Shown: positions 1 through 9,556 of the stretch, piece after piece
Numbering within the stretch: the first letter of the stretch is position 1
How the letters are laid out: each line of letters opens with the position of its first letter
Source: Gammaproteobacteria bacterium
GTDB lineage: Bacteria; Pseudomonadota; Gammaproteobacteria; Methylococcales; DRLZ01
Direction of reading: 5' to 3'
NCBI GenBank assembly: GCA_022600935.1
Contig: JAHZJL010000221.1
Span: forward strand, 860-64,859
DNA length: 64,000 nt
The notes under the pieces: model-generated
Database searches by the model: none
What the model was told of the DNA's origin: nothing
What the model saw: the letters and a program-made list of their open reading frames with translations, nothing else
Program-made: the position numbers and the translations under genes

Positions 1-2791
1 TTGAGCGTTGTGCTCTAATTGTTCCAGTGCGTCCTGTATAGTCCAGATTAAAGACATTTGTTTTTAATTGACTTGTGGAAATACCGCTATTTGCTGCTTC
101 TGAACCATCCACCATTGCTGTTAGCAAGACACTGAATGTATTATTGGCTGCATTGTTATCTGCATTGACCGTGGTATTTGCAGACATGTTGATGGTGACT
201 GTTTGTTGTGTGGCAACTGAACCAGTGGGAACGGTCGAAACAATTGATGCTGAGCCATTAAATCCTGTTGTATCAATGATTGCAGATTGATAGGCAAAAC
301 CAACAGGTAATCTGTCAATTAATTGTAGATTTTGTGTCGTGCCTTCGGGTAATTCGACATTGAGTCGATAGGTGATGAGATCCCCAGCAGTGACCCGAGA
401 TGATTGATTGGTGCCGTTTGGGGTGATAGATTCAATCAGTTTTTCTGGATCTGCTATGGTGATTGTTATGTTTGCGTCATCAGTGACTGTTGGAAAGCTG
501 GTTGATCCAGACAAAGAACTCCAGTTCGCAGAGGCCGTATTAGTAATAGTTTGTTGTGGTGAAACTGTAATATCCAGATCGCAGGTAACCGTTGCAATGG
601 CAGAGCTATTGGCAGGTAGAGGATTGTCTAATTGAATGCCTGTCGCAAGATTGCTTGCGGCTGCTGGAGTGAATGTTAATGGGTTATTCGATTCATCGGT
701 GACTGAAACCAGTGAGCAATTTGTCAATCCTGTTACTGCAGGATCAGTGATATTGACATCATAAGCAGGTGCGCCACCGGTATTTTCAGCAGTGATGACA
801 AAGGTCACAGTATCACCAGCATCAGCATTGGTCAGATCACTATCAACCGGATTACCAGGTGCAGGTGAGAGGGTTGAGCCACCATTACTGGTGGCAGAAA
901 TTCCTTTCGTCAGTTCAATCTCTGGTGCACGCACATTAAACTGGACTGGTTTGACTTCAGAGGCTTGTGTATTGGTAGTATTTTCAGTCGATGCGACAAA
1001 CAGATTTGTTAGCGATAACGAATCTGCGAATGGATCATCTTCGACGGTGATTGCAATGTCGACAGCGAGGGTTTGCGCTGTTGTAGTGCTGACATCAGGC
1101 CATTCAATACGCAGCGAATTAGTTCCGGTAATGCGGGTAATTGAAGTGGGTGTTAATCCCAACGTATCAGTTGCTGCAAGGGTAATATCAACACCAAATG
1201 TCAAATTCAATGAGCTGACATCAAACACTGGCAGTGGAAAAAAATCTTCAAAGGCTACACTGGAGGTGTCTCCAGACGGGATGTCCATTTCCAGTCGATA
1301 AGTGACTGTTTCTCCTGGTAGGTACTCTGCCTGAGGATTGACAATTGATTTACGGATCACGGTTGGATTAATATCAACCGCAGCAGATGAGGTGTCAGTG
1401 CAACTGATACCTGCGGCGGTCAATGAATATTCAGCAGTGATGTTGTTGGTTAATGTATCAGCCGCCAGCACCGCACCTGACTGATAGGTTTGATCAATTG
1501 TTGCTGTGTAAGTCAGGGTTGCTGTCGCCCCGGATGCAAGATTACCTGTGACGGCATGAATATCGTAGACCAGGGTTGTTGACCCATCGCCATTGGTTCC
1601 TACGGATGGCGTAATTGGAACAGTCGCAGCACCAACCACCAGTGAGCCATGCGCATTAAATGTTGTGCCATCCGGCAAAATGTCAGTGATGATCAAGTCA
1701 TCAAGCGTGCCAAAGTCGGATAACTGGATGGTACTGGTATAGGTAACGGTATCACCGGGATTGACGAGTGTTGGACTCGCGCCTTTTTGAATTGCCAGAT
1801 GTTTTGCATTGAGCTGATCCTGTGCGTTTAATTGTGGAAAAGCATTACCTGCTGGAAATTCAAAATCCAGTGTCGCCGTGTTGGTTTTAAGTTCGGTGGT
1901 GCAATTCGTTTCGTCCAGTGTATCGATAACATAAACAGGAATAACAATCTGCAAGTCCTGTTGTGAGCTGGTGCCAGTCACCTGGGTACAAGTCACTGAA
2001 AGATTGCCGCCCGGGGTAATAGTAGAAGGGCTGGTCAAAGCATTACAACCAGTGCCACCTGTGATTGTAACCGGACCAACGAATTGCAGGTCTGCAGGCA
2101 AACTGTCATTAATCACTAAATTTTCAACGACTTTAGTGTTCGCGACATCAGCTGTTAATGTGAACGTAAACTGATGGGATGGTCCGGGAGTGCGTTCAGT
2201 TTCTGAATCATTAAATGCCTTGTCAAACACAATCAAAGATGGCGTGATTTGATCGGTATTGGTAGTTCCAATAATTGGACCATTGACACCGGTTGGCGTA
2301 TCGCCCAATGCATAAACAGGTTGAAAGTTAACATCAAGCGGCGTGCCAATTGCTGCGGAACTGGCAATTGTCATGCAAAAATTCAGGGTTATGTCAGGAC
2401 CACCATCGACTACAGAACCTAATGGTAACGTAATGGTGTGAAATGTACTGCCTTCTTGGCCAGTGACTGATGTATCGATGATCGGGTCAGTCAATTGATT
2501 CCCTGGTGAAGCAGGAAAGACACCGACGGTTGTTGCTGAAACACTTGTGCCCAGATACATTGTTGAGTCCAGGCTGATATCAGGAGGTAGAATTAAGCGG
2601 TAATACGGCGCATAGCCTGCGCTACCTGTATTGGTGAATACAGTGTCAAAACAGACTTGTTCACCAGCAAAACCGCTTGTTGGTGTTTGGGTCGTAATGG
2701 CGGGAACAGCAGCAATGAGACTGGTCGAGATGAAAAAACCAACCAGAAAAATGACTGTTACCAGTTTGGAATGTTTGAAAACATTGTTCAT
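1..2791 (-). CDS. Large secreted repeat surface protein (DUF11 / conserved-repeat-domain type); N-terminal ~930 codons only, gene continues past the left edge
   Basis: Absent from the ORF track because no stop codon lies inside the window. My own translation of the minus strand from the ATG at 2791 (MNNVFKHSKLVTVIFLVGFFISTSLIAAVPA..., signal-peptide-like) stayed open down to position 1. It contains recurrent motifs typical of DUF11 repeat adhesins: NPGDTVTYTSTI, LPGETVTYRLEMDIP, AGDTVTFVITAENTGGAPAYDVNITD and AGDLITYRLNVELPEG. The + strand ORFs listed in this region look like antisense shadows. Confidence 0.75.
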   Translation of the reverse strand, partial: MNNVFKHSKLVTVIFLVGFFISTSLIAAVPAITTQTPTSGFAGEQVCFDTVFTNTGSAGYAPYYRLILPPDISLDSTMYLGTSVSATTVGVFPASPGNQLTDPIIDTSVTGQEGSTFHTITLPLGSVVDGGPDITLNFCMTIASSAAIGTPLDVNFQPVYALGDTPTGVNGPIIGTTNTDQITPSLIVFDKAFNDSETERTPGPSHQFTFTLTADVANTKVVENLVINDSLPADLQFVGPVTITGGTGCNALTSPSTITPGGNLSVTCTQVTGTSSQQDLQIVIPVYVIDTLDETNCTTELKTNTATLDFEFPAGNAFPQLNAQDQLNAKHLAIQKGASPTLVNPGDTVTYTSTIQLSDFGTLDDLIITDILPDGTTFNAHGSLVVGAATVPITPSVGTNGDGSTTLVYDIHAVTGNLASGATATLTYTATIDQTYQSGAVLAADTLTNNITAEYSLTAAGISCTDTSSAAVDINPTVIRKSIVNPQAEYLPGETVTYRLEMDIPSGDTSSVAFEDFFPLPVFDVSSLNLTFGVDITLAATDTLGLTPTSITRITGTNSLRIEWPDVSTTTAQTLAVDIAITVEDDPFADSLSLTNLFVASTENTTNTQASEVKPVQFNVRAPEIELTKGISATSNGGSTLSPAPGNPVDSDLTNADAGDTVTFVITAENTGGAPAYDVNITDPAVTGLTNCSLVSVTDESNNPLTFTPAAASNLATGIQLDNPLPANSSAIATVTCDLDITVSPQQTITNTASANWSSLSGSTSFPTVTDDANITITIADPEKLIESITPNGTNQSSRVTAGDLITYRLNVELPEGTTQNLQLIDRLPVGFAYQSAIIDTTGFNGSASIVSTVPTGSVATQQTVTINMSANTTVNADNNAANNTFSVLLTAMVDGSEAANSGISTSQLKTNVFNLDYTGRTGTIRAQRS

Positions 2792-3003
2792 TGAAAACCC
2801 TGCACCTTTTTCCTTTAATGACTTAAGGATAGTTGAGAATTTAGAATGAATTGATCAAATATTGGTCAATTTTGTAACTAATTGCGTCTGATAGAGTGAT
2901 AAGTGTCTGGTTTTCTAAAAAATCCTGATGATTTTTAGCTGGGAAGGGTTAACTTTTTTTAAAATGAGACTAGCAAGCAGAAAAAGTTGGCATCTGGAAC
3001 AAT

Positions 3004-3957
3004 CTATTGATTAATCTGGTGCAGGGATAAATAATTGCTGGTTGTGCTGCGATGCAGCAATTTCAAGTGAGGATGTGTTGATTCCAGAGAGGATGTGAAT
3101 GGAAGTAATTTCGCTAACAAGGTTTTCTCACCTGTCCGGCTGGTAATTTTCCATGCTCGAATTTGTACAGGCGAGATCTTCTGCAGCAAATAACTTCCAC
3201 TGCCCTGGTCGTGTGCCCAGCGTTTGACTTGAGCGATGAGAGTATGCAGATTATCTGCATTGTTAAACATTCGGGTTTCAAAAGGTACGGGGCTATTGCT
3301 GATTGAGGCTATTTCACGCATTCGTGACAAGTCATCAATGCTCACCAACAACGTTACTGTCTGGTTTTTAAAGTGATTTTGAATGGATTGTAACGCTTCA
3401 TCAGCATCCATCATTAACCACTCTGCCAGTTGTTTTGATGGTTTTTGGTTTTTGCCAAATCCTCCGCTGAGTTGTTCCCACACTGATTCAGTGTCTGCAG
3501 TGAACATGTCAGCAACCGGTGATTGTATCCAGACAGTTGCGCCTGAATAAAAGTGGGCTCGCTGGCTGTTGTCCCACCAGGCTAACAACACCGGGTTGCC
3601 AGATGCGCTTGTTTGCCAGAATTGTTTATATTCCTGCCAGGCCTTTGCTTTGGCCGATTGTGGTTGAATTGATAATGGTTGTTGGTCTGGGTTAATAAAC
3701 ACCAGTGCGCTGAGACTGGTGTTGTTGTCCTTGTAAAGCGCCTGATGAAAGACAAGCGAATGCGCGGTTGTGCTCGTTATTGCCAGTTGACGGACGGCAT
3801 AGGCTTTAAAATACCCGTTCAATTCAGGAAAATCAGCTGAGCCAGAGAGAATCTCTCTCTGTTCAGTGATTTTCAATGAAGACGTTTGATCAGGAATCCC
3901 GAAGAAAAGCAGAGCAATACCGCAAATCAGCAGCCCAATGGCAATAAGATTCTTCAA
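3004..3957 (-). CDS. haoB: HaoB-like membrane-anchored protein (the ORF2 that normally follows haoA)
   Basis: 317 aa with an N-terminal TM helix (MKNLIAIGLLICGIALLFFGI). It starts 33 nt after the haoA stop on the same strand. The assignment is by position and architecture; I recognise no catalytic motif. Confidence 0.55.
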   Translation of the reverse strand: MKNLIAIGLLICGIALLFFGIPDQTSSLKITEQREILSGSADFPELNGYFKAYAVRQLAITSTTAHSLVFHQALYKDNNTSLSALVFINPDQQPLSIQPQSAKAKAWQEYKQFWQTSASGNPVLLAWWDNSQRAHFYSGATVWIQSPVADMFTADTESVWEQLSGGFGKNQKPSKQLAEWLMMDADEALQSIQNHFKNQTVTLLVSIDDLSRMREIASISNSPVPFETRMFNNADNLHTLIAQVKRWAHDQGSGSYLLQKISPVQIRAWKITSRTGEKTLLAKLLPFTSSLESTHPHLKLLHRSTTSNYLSLHQINQ

Positions 3958-3990
3958 TCGATCAGGGTTTTCTGGTCAAGCGCTGCAAAA

Positions 3991-5616
3991 TCAATGTTTT
4001 CGCCGGTTACGCCATAACATGGTGGCTCCGACCAGAATAAACGCAGAGCCCAGTGGAAAACGCAGGTCATCAGAGGCAAAGTTTGCTGGCAACAGGTTTG
4101 CAGAGGCCGTTCTGGTTTTACCTGCGCCTTCGCGCAAACGCGTGTTTTCATCCATAATTTCACTGTAGTCACGCAATAATTCAGACCATCCCTCGGTATA
4201 CGTGAAACCACCCGGGTTGACATGGAACAAGCCTTTATAGAGTTTAATCAAGTCGTGTTCCCACATATTGGCATAGACTCTTTCAATATGTGAAGGGTTG
4301 TTGTCTTTTGCCCAGAATAGCTGAAAAAAGTCACCGGCATTATCTTTTAAGGGGGCAGGTGGGTCAGGCCGATGACTGTTTTGACCGACAAGCAATCCAT
4401 CTTTGTGTAATGCCTTGACAATTTTCTTGGCTTCCTGCTCGACTTTCAAGCCTTGAATAGTGCCCTGGTCGGCCGTATCCAGATAAGCGCTGGCAAAACT
4501 CGGCGAATGGCAGGCGGCGCAACTGTTAATCCAGGCCTGTTTACGTTCTTCAAACCATGGGTGAGATAAATTGTCAGCAATTTCCGGGGTCGGATTAAAT
4601 GCCCAGCGCACTTTACGGACCAGGTTATGGGAATATTCACCCTCAAATTCAAAATGACAGGTCTGGCAGGTTGGAGCGGTATAGTGACCTTTTGATATAG
4701 CGTCTTTCAGAGGGACTTCGAAATTCCATTTCTTTTTACCGGTTGTCTGGTAGATAGTACCGTGTTTTGAAAACAGGTAATTCTCGTATTCGTTATGGTC
4801 TGCACCGTTATGGCAGGTCATGCAGGCTTCCGGCTGTCGTGCTTCCGCTGCCGAAAAACTGTGGCGGGTATGGCAGCCATCACACTTGTTCTGCTGGTAA
4901 TGGCACATGTCACAGCCCTGAGCAATTTCCCGCTCTGCCATTGCCGCCCATACTGCGGTTTCAACATTGGCTTTCCAGTCGTTAGCATGGGAGGGATGGC
5001 CTTTACCCCATTGCTCCTGTGGCCAGGTCTGCTCTTTTTCCTGTTCGGATTCAGCAAATTCATCGACATGACAGGTACCGCAGGATGCCCGATCCGGTAA
5101 CACCAGATCTTCGTTATGACTGATGGATTCAGCGCCAACCTTGCCATGACAATCGATGCAGCCAACCTGCTCCAGTTCCTGTCCCTTATCCAGTATGCCT
5201 TGTCGGACCAGGTTGTGCTCAATTTGTTTGAGTTTTTGCTTTTTGTAGAATCCAGTATTGCGCGGAGTCAGTCGACGGATTTTGCCGAGATTGGCATGTG
5301 TGCTGTTTTTCCAGGCATGGTAAGCGCCTGGAGTGATTGCCTGGTGACATGCAATACACTGGTCGCGAGTGGCTTCGATAACCGGCTGGTCAGGTGGTTG
5401 GTAGAAATCAACAGGATCCCAGTATTTCTGGATAAGTATTGGATCCCAGTGGTCAGCATATTTGCCTTGACCCGGATGGGTTTTGTAGTAATTCTCTTTT
5501 AATGCTTCAAAATCAGCCGGTTTAGCATTAACAGTAGACATACAGAAAACAAGAGATAGCCAAAACAAGGCATGGCCTTTAGTGAAAATGGAGACTAATC
5601 GATTGAATGTATTCAT
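3991..5616 (-). CDS. haoA: Octaheme hydroxylamine oxidoreductase family cytochrome c (HaoA)
   Basis: 541 aa with a signal peptide (..LVFCMSTVNA/KPADF). It has eight CxxCH motifs by direct count: CIACH, CIDCH, CGTCH, CDMCH, CDGCH, CMTCH, CQTCH and CAACH. A C-terminal NPGGFTYTEGW segment and a C-terminal hydrophobic anchor (FPLGSAFILVGATMLW-RNRRKH) are present. Confidence 0.88.
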   Translation of the reverse strand: MNTFNRLVSIFTKGHALFWLSLVFCMSTVNAKPADFEALKENYYKTHPGQGKYADHWDPILIQKYWDPVDFYQPPDQPVIEATRDQCIACHQAITPGAYHAWKNSTHANLGKIRRLTPRNTGFYKKQKLKQIEHNLVRQGILDKGQELEQVGCIDCHGKVGAESISHNEDLVLPDRASCGTCHVDEFAESEQEKEQTWPQEQWGKGHPSHANDWKANVETAVWAAMAEREIAQGCDMCHYQQNKCDGCHTRHSFSAAEARQPEACMTCHNGADHNEYENYLFSKHGTIYQTTGKKKWNFEVPLKDAISKGHYTAPTCQTCHFEFEGEYSHNLVRKVRWAFNPTPEIADNLSHPWFEERKQAWINSCAACHSPSFASAYLDTADQGTIQGLKVEQEAKKIVKALHKDGLLVGQNSHRPDPPAPLKDNAGDFFQLFWAKDNNPSHIERVYANMWEHDLIKLYKGLFHVNPGGFTYTEGWSELLRDYSEIMDENTRLREGAGKTRTASANLLPANFASDDLRFPLGSAFILVGATMLWRNRRKH

Positions 5617-6438
5617 CTGGCACTCCCTTTATTATTGCTATACCTGCACTGGATTTGGCTGTGTCCGCGTTCGCCTTTGGCTACTATAGGCTGTTTAGGT
5701 TCACAATGCTATTGCATCAGTAATTGTGATGTCAATTTCCAGTAAAAACCTGTGGAACATTTTTCAATACTGGTCGCACTAACCTTGAGATATTCAAGGC
5801 TGAATCATGATGCACTCAATAAGGCCATCTGTCAATATAGTATTGAGGCGATACATTAAATGAGATCCATAGATTCGTACCACCCGTTGAGTGATTTGCC
5901 AATTTGTATCATAACGAACAACTGTGTTACCGGTCCCTTGAGAATACAACTGGTAGGTATCAAAAAATTGTCTTATTTTTTAAATGTAATTGTTATAACG
6001 ATACCAGTAGAACCGATTATGAGTTTCTATGGACAACCAAGAGTAAGACGTTGTGGTAGAGGGGATTTTTATTGATGTTCACAAAAGATTTGTGTCAGAT
6101 CAGATTGGAATTTGCTGAAAATTGCTTGAACGATAAAGCAACTGGATAATCCACTTGCCACCTGGGTTAATGGATTACCCGATGATCTTGACTGGTTAGT
6201 TGAATGCCTTGCAAGCCTTGAAGTGTAATGAATATCAGGGCTTTAGATAGATATTGTGTTTATCGATGGTGTGTAGCTTTGTATAAATCAGCAGGAATGT
6301 AAGATATTTTAACAGTATAAAACTGTTTTTAAACTCACATTAAATTGTTTTAAAAACGTCAGTACATAATGATTTTATAGGCTTGTATGTGTTACTTTGT
6401 CTGGTCGTTAAATATTAGAATAATAATCAGGACGAATC

Positions 6439-7959
6439 ATGTCAGATTTGATTAGAGTATTTGAATTTATTCATCAAGCCTGGGGTTTTTCCGAGACTGT
6501 TTGTTTGGTTTGGGTTATATGGGCATTTATTGTGTTCTGGACCTTGAGGCACGAAGGAGATGGTCGAGAACGCTTTTTAAGCACCATTAAAAAAGTCAGT
6601 CTTGGGCAGTTTTACCGCGACCAGCTCGGATGTTTTCTTGATTTTACTGCTCGCTCCTGGTTCAAGGATGCTGATGCCATTGCTGATGGTCGATCACGGT
6701 TTAAGCGGCGCGGATCAAATAAGATTGTGTTTGGTGCCAATGCATTGACAGAACAGGCATTTGTGTTTTCGATAAAACTGGCCTTGTTTTACCCGATTTT
6801 GTCCGTTTTTTTGTTCTGGGTAATTTCTGGAACCGCTGGCAAACCGGGAGGAATATCAATTCTCCCGGAATTGAGTTTTGAAATGAGGATGTTGTTCCTG
6901 GTATTAATGTTATTTGCTATTAAAGCGATGCATAATGCAGTGAATAGCCGAGGAAAAGCTGTGCTTATGTGGACAGGTAGCGTTTTCATTGTCTCTGTAG
7001 TCTTTGCCTTCTCTAGCTCCTTTTCAGGTGCTTTCGGTGTGGCTTTTGCCTTTGGTTTTGCTTTTGCTATGGCGGATGTTGGCATTTTTGCTTTTGCTGG
7101 TGCTTTCGATGGCTCTTTTGCTGTCGCTGTTACGTTGTACCTTATTGCTACCTTTATATATCAATTTGGCCTTGCACGTCATTTTGCAAAATGGTTTTGG
7201 TTGTGTTACCTGATTATAGTACTTGTAATGGATGCATATCTTATTTACGTATTTGCTGAAAAATATAAAATCCGTCATTTGATCTTGATGTTGTTTTATA
7301 GCATATTACCCATTCTCAATGCACCTTTGGACTGGTTATCCACTGCAATTACCCGCAGTTTACTGTATGCCATCGTCGATCGTCTTCATAGTGCATTTCA
7401 AGCGTTTGTATGGGCTGTATTGGATTTACTGATTGCTCTGGCACTGTTGGTTACTATTACATTTGTGATGACAATTGCAATTTCTGGAGTTAACCAACTT
7501 GCAATAATCGGTGGTGGCAAAGCCATTATTGATTTAACTCAGGTTTTTACCAGTTTGTTCTATAATCCGTTAGCTGTTGAAAACTGGTGGATCTACTTTA
7601 TGTTGTTATCGACACTAATACCGACTTTGCTGCATATGTTGATTGCCGGTTTTTCGATGATTTTGTGGATACCTGAGCATTGGCTTAAATGGGTTGCTAA
7701 AGGCTGGAGACCAGAACAACATAAAGCTGATTTTCCTAAATTCCTGTTAGCCTGGGGTTATTTCACTGTGGTTTCTCCACTTACACTCATTGCACCATTT
7801 GTATTGTTAGGTGGTTCAATCTGGTTTTTGCTACAACCCGGCTCCGGTGACCAGATTGGTAACTGGTTGCTGAATTCTGCTTATTCAATCGCTTCATCCA
7901 TTGACACATCACTTGGTGAAATTTCTGTTCCTGTTAAACCAGTGATCACTGAGCTGTAA
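6439..7959 (+). CDS. Polytopic integral membrane protein of unknown function (about 10-12 predicted TM segments)
   Basis: 506-aa ORF with an AGGA 7 nt upstream of the ATG. It is very hydrophobic and carries an unusual tract of alternating small residues and Phe (SSSFSGAFGVAFAFGFAFAMADVGIFAFAGAFDGSFAVAV, about nt 7009-7131). I recognise no family. Confidence 0.7.
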   Translation: MSDLIRVFEFIHQAWGFSETVCLVWVIWAFIVFWTLRHEGDGRERFLSTIKKVSLGQFYRDQLGCFLDFTARSWFKDADAIADGRSRFKRRGSNKIVFGANALTEQAFVFSIKLALFYPILSVFLFWVISGTAGKPGGISILPELSFEMRMLFLVLMLFAIKAMHNAVNSRGKAVLMWTGSVFIVSVVFAFSSSFSGAFGVAFAFGFAFAMADVGIFAFAGAFDGSFAVAVTLYLIATFIYQFGLARHFAKWFWLCYLIIVLVMDAYLIYVFAEKYKIRHLILMLFYSILPILNAPLDWLSTAITRSLLYAIVDRLHSAFQAFVWAVLDLLIALALLVTITFVMTIAISGVNQLAIIGGGKAIIDLTQVFTSLFYNPLAVENWWIYFMLLSTLIPTLLHMLIAGFSMILWIPEHWLKWVAKGWRPEQHKADFPKFLLAWGYFTVVSPLTLIAPFVLLGGSIWFLLQPGSGDQIGNWLLNSAYSIASSIDTSLGEISVPVKPVITEL

Positions 7960-8086
7960 ATCTTCTCGTTAACCAGCAACACATCAATCGTTGCCAGGTA
8001 TCAAGGCTCAGTCGCAGTTGTTTTCAGGCTTTGGCTGCGGCACAATCATGTATTTACGAAAAATTCCAGCAGGACTAAGCATTACA

Positions 8087-9556
8087 ATGACTTTACCCAG
8101 CCAGCTGTTTTCCGTTGAACAGGTCCGAGCAATGGATCGTTATGCCATTGATGACATTGGTATTCCAGGTATCGAATTGATGCAACGGGCCGGGCAGTTT
8201 GCGTTTGATGTGTTGATGCAGGGCTGGCCTGAAGCTTTGTCCATTGCAGTGTTTTGCGGAGCTGGTAATAATGGGGGAGATGGCTATGTTATCGCCCATT
8301 TGGCATTGCAGAAGGGATTGTCGGTCAAACTGGTTGCGCTGGCCGAAATTGATCGCTTAAAAGGCGATGCGTTGACTGCGGCCAGGCAATATCTGGATGC
8401 AGGAGGTGTCATTAACAGTATCGAGACCTGTGATTGGCAGGATTGTGATGTGCTGGTTGACAGTTTGCTGGGGACCGGGTTGGATCGCGATGTCGGAGGT
8501 GCATATCGGCCAGTAATCGAAGCCATAAACAATAGCCAGATCCCGGTTCTTGCTGTCGATATCCCGTCCGGATTGCATGGTGACCGGGGTTGCGTAATGG
8601 GTGTTGCAGTCCGCGCTCAACATACCACTACCTTTATTGGCATGAAGCAGGGCTTGATGACGGGTGATGCGGCTGATTATTGTGGTGCAATTCACTACCA
8701 CAGTCTTGGTGTTCCGGACTCTGTTTTACACCTGAATCAACCATCGGCCTGGTGTTATGTGCCGCCATCACCATTGCTGCCAGCCAGATCAGCGACAGCT
8801 CACAAAGGCCATTTTGGCCATGTGTTGTTGATTGGTGGCGAAACCGGTTATAGTGGCGCGATTCGTCTTGCCGCCCAGGCTGCACTGCGTTGTGGCGCCG
8901 GGTTGGTGAGTGTGGCGACCCGGGTCAGCCATGCTGGTCTGGTATCGCTGGCTCAAGCTGAAATTATGTCTCACGGTATTGAATCAACAGATGAATTGCA
9001 GCAGTTGCTGGAAAAAGCCACAGTGGTGGTGATCGGGCCGGGCCTGGGGCAGTCTGACTGGGCAGAACAACATCTGGACAGCGTGTTCAACACCGATCTG
9101 CCGCTGGTCATCGATGCCGATGCCTTGAATTTGCTTTCGGCCTCATCACGAGTCCTGCACAAACGATGTGTGATGACGCCGCACCCTGGTGAAGCGGGCA
9201 GATTGTTGAAGACGACTGGGCGTGCTGTCCAGTCTGATCGTTATGCATCAGTTCGCCAGTTACAAAACACTTATCACGGTGTCGTGGTCCTGAAAGGTGC
9301 AGGGACTCTGGTTGATGATGGTGAACTGATCACTGTCAATTCCAGCGGCAACCCCGGTATGGCCAGTGGAGGCATGGGTGATGTGTTGAGCGGGGTGATT
9401 GGCGGATTATTGGCCCAGGGTCTGGATGCTGCAACAGCTGCGCGATGTGGTGTGTGGTTACATGGGGCAGCGGCCGATTATGCCGCCCGTCAAGGGCAAC
9501 GTGGTCTGCTGGCAGGTGATTTGTTAGGTTTTCTTCGTGAATTGGTGAATCAGTAA
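8087..9556 (+). CDS. nnr: Bifunctional NAD(P)H-hydrate repair enzyme Nnr (epimerase + ADP-dependent dehydratase, YjeF)
   Basis: N-terminal YjeF_N motifs (VFCGAGNNGGDGYV, DSLLGTGL) and a C-terminal carbohydrate-kinase-like part (KGHFGHVLLIGG, GMGDVLSG). The track ORF opens at a TTG at 7991. In-frame ATGs at 8048 and 8087 are more plausible starts, so the start is uncertain. Confidence 0.88.
   Translation: MTLPSQLFSVEQVRAMDRYAIDDIGIPGIELMQRAGQFAFDVLMQGWPEALSIAVFCGAGNNGGDGYVIAHLALQKGLSVKLVALAEIDRLKGDALTAARQYLDAGGVINSIETCDWQDCDVLVDSLLGTGLDRDVGGAYRPVIEAINNSQIPVLAVDIPSGLHGDRGCVMGVAVRAQHTTTFIGMKQGLMTGDAADYCGAIHYHSLGVPDSVLHLNQPSAWCYVPPSPLLPARSATAHKGHFGHVLLIGGETGYSGAIRLAAQAALRCGAGLVSVATRVSHAGLVSLAQAEIMSHGIESTDELQQLLEKATVVVIGPGLGQSDWAEQHLDSVFNTDLPLVIDADALNLLSASSRVLHKRCVMTPHPGEAGRLLKTTGRAVQSDRYASVRQLQNTYHGVVVLKGAGTLVDDGELITVNSSGNPGMASGGMGDVLSGVIGGLLAQGLDAATAARCGVWLHGAAADYAARQGQRGLLAGDLLGFLRELVNQ

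Noticed and set aside
75-2849. Track ORFs in the leftmost 2.8 kb: 75-290, 408-635, 792-1301, 1971-2174 and 2631-2849 on the + strand, plus 121-318 on the - strand in a different frame
   Set aside because: They lie antisense to, or out of frame with, a continuous minus-strand frame of more than 930 codons that has a signal peptide and DUF11 repeats. Their translations are low-complexity with no motifs. They are shadow ORFs.
3938-5502. Numerous 60-134-aa ORFs on both strands inside haoA/haoB (for example 4795-5100 +, 4818-5222 -, 5116-5502 +)
   Set aside because: They are fully nested in the 8-heme HaoA frame or its antisense strand. They have no RBS and no motifs, which is typical of out-of-frame ORFs.
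6789-7278. ORFs 6789-7085 (-), 7004-7213 (+) and 7024-7278 (-) overlapping the G/A/F-rich tract
   Set aside because: They are generated by the gcttttgc-type microrepeat, which stays open in several frames. The long 506-aa frame with an RBS is the parsimonious gene.
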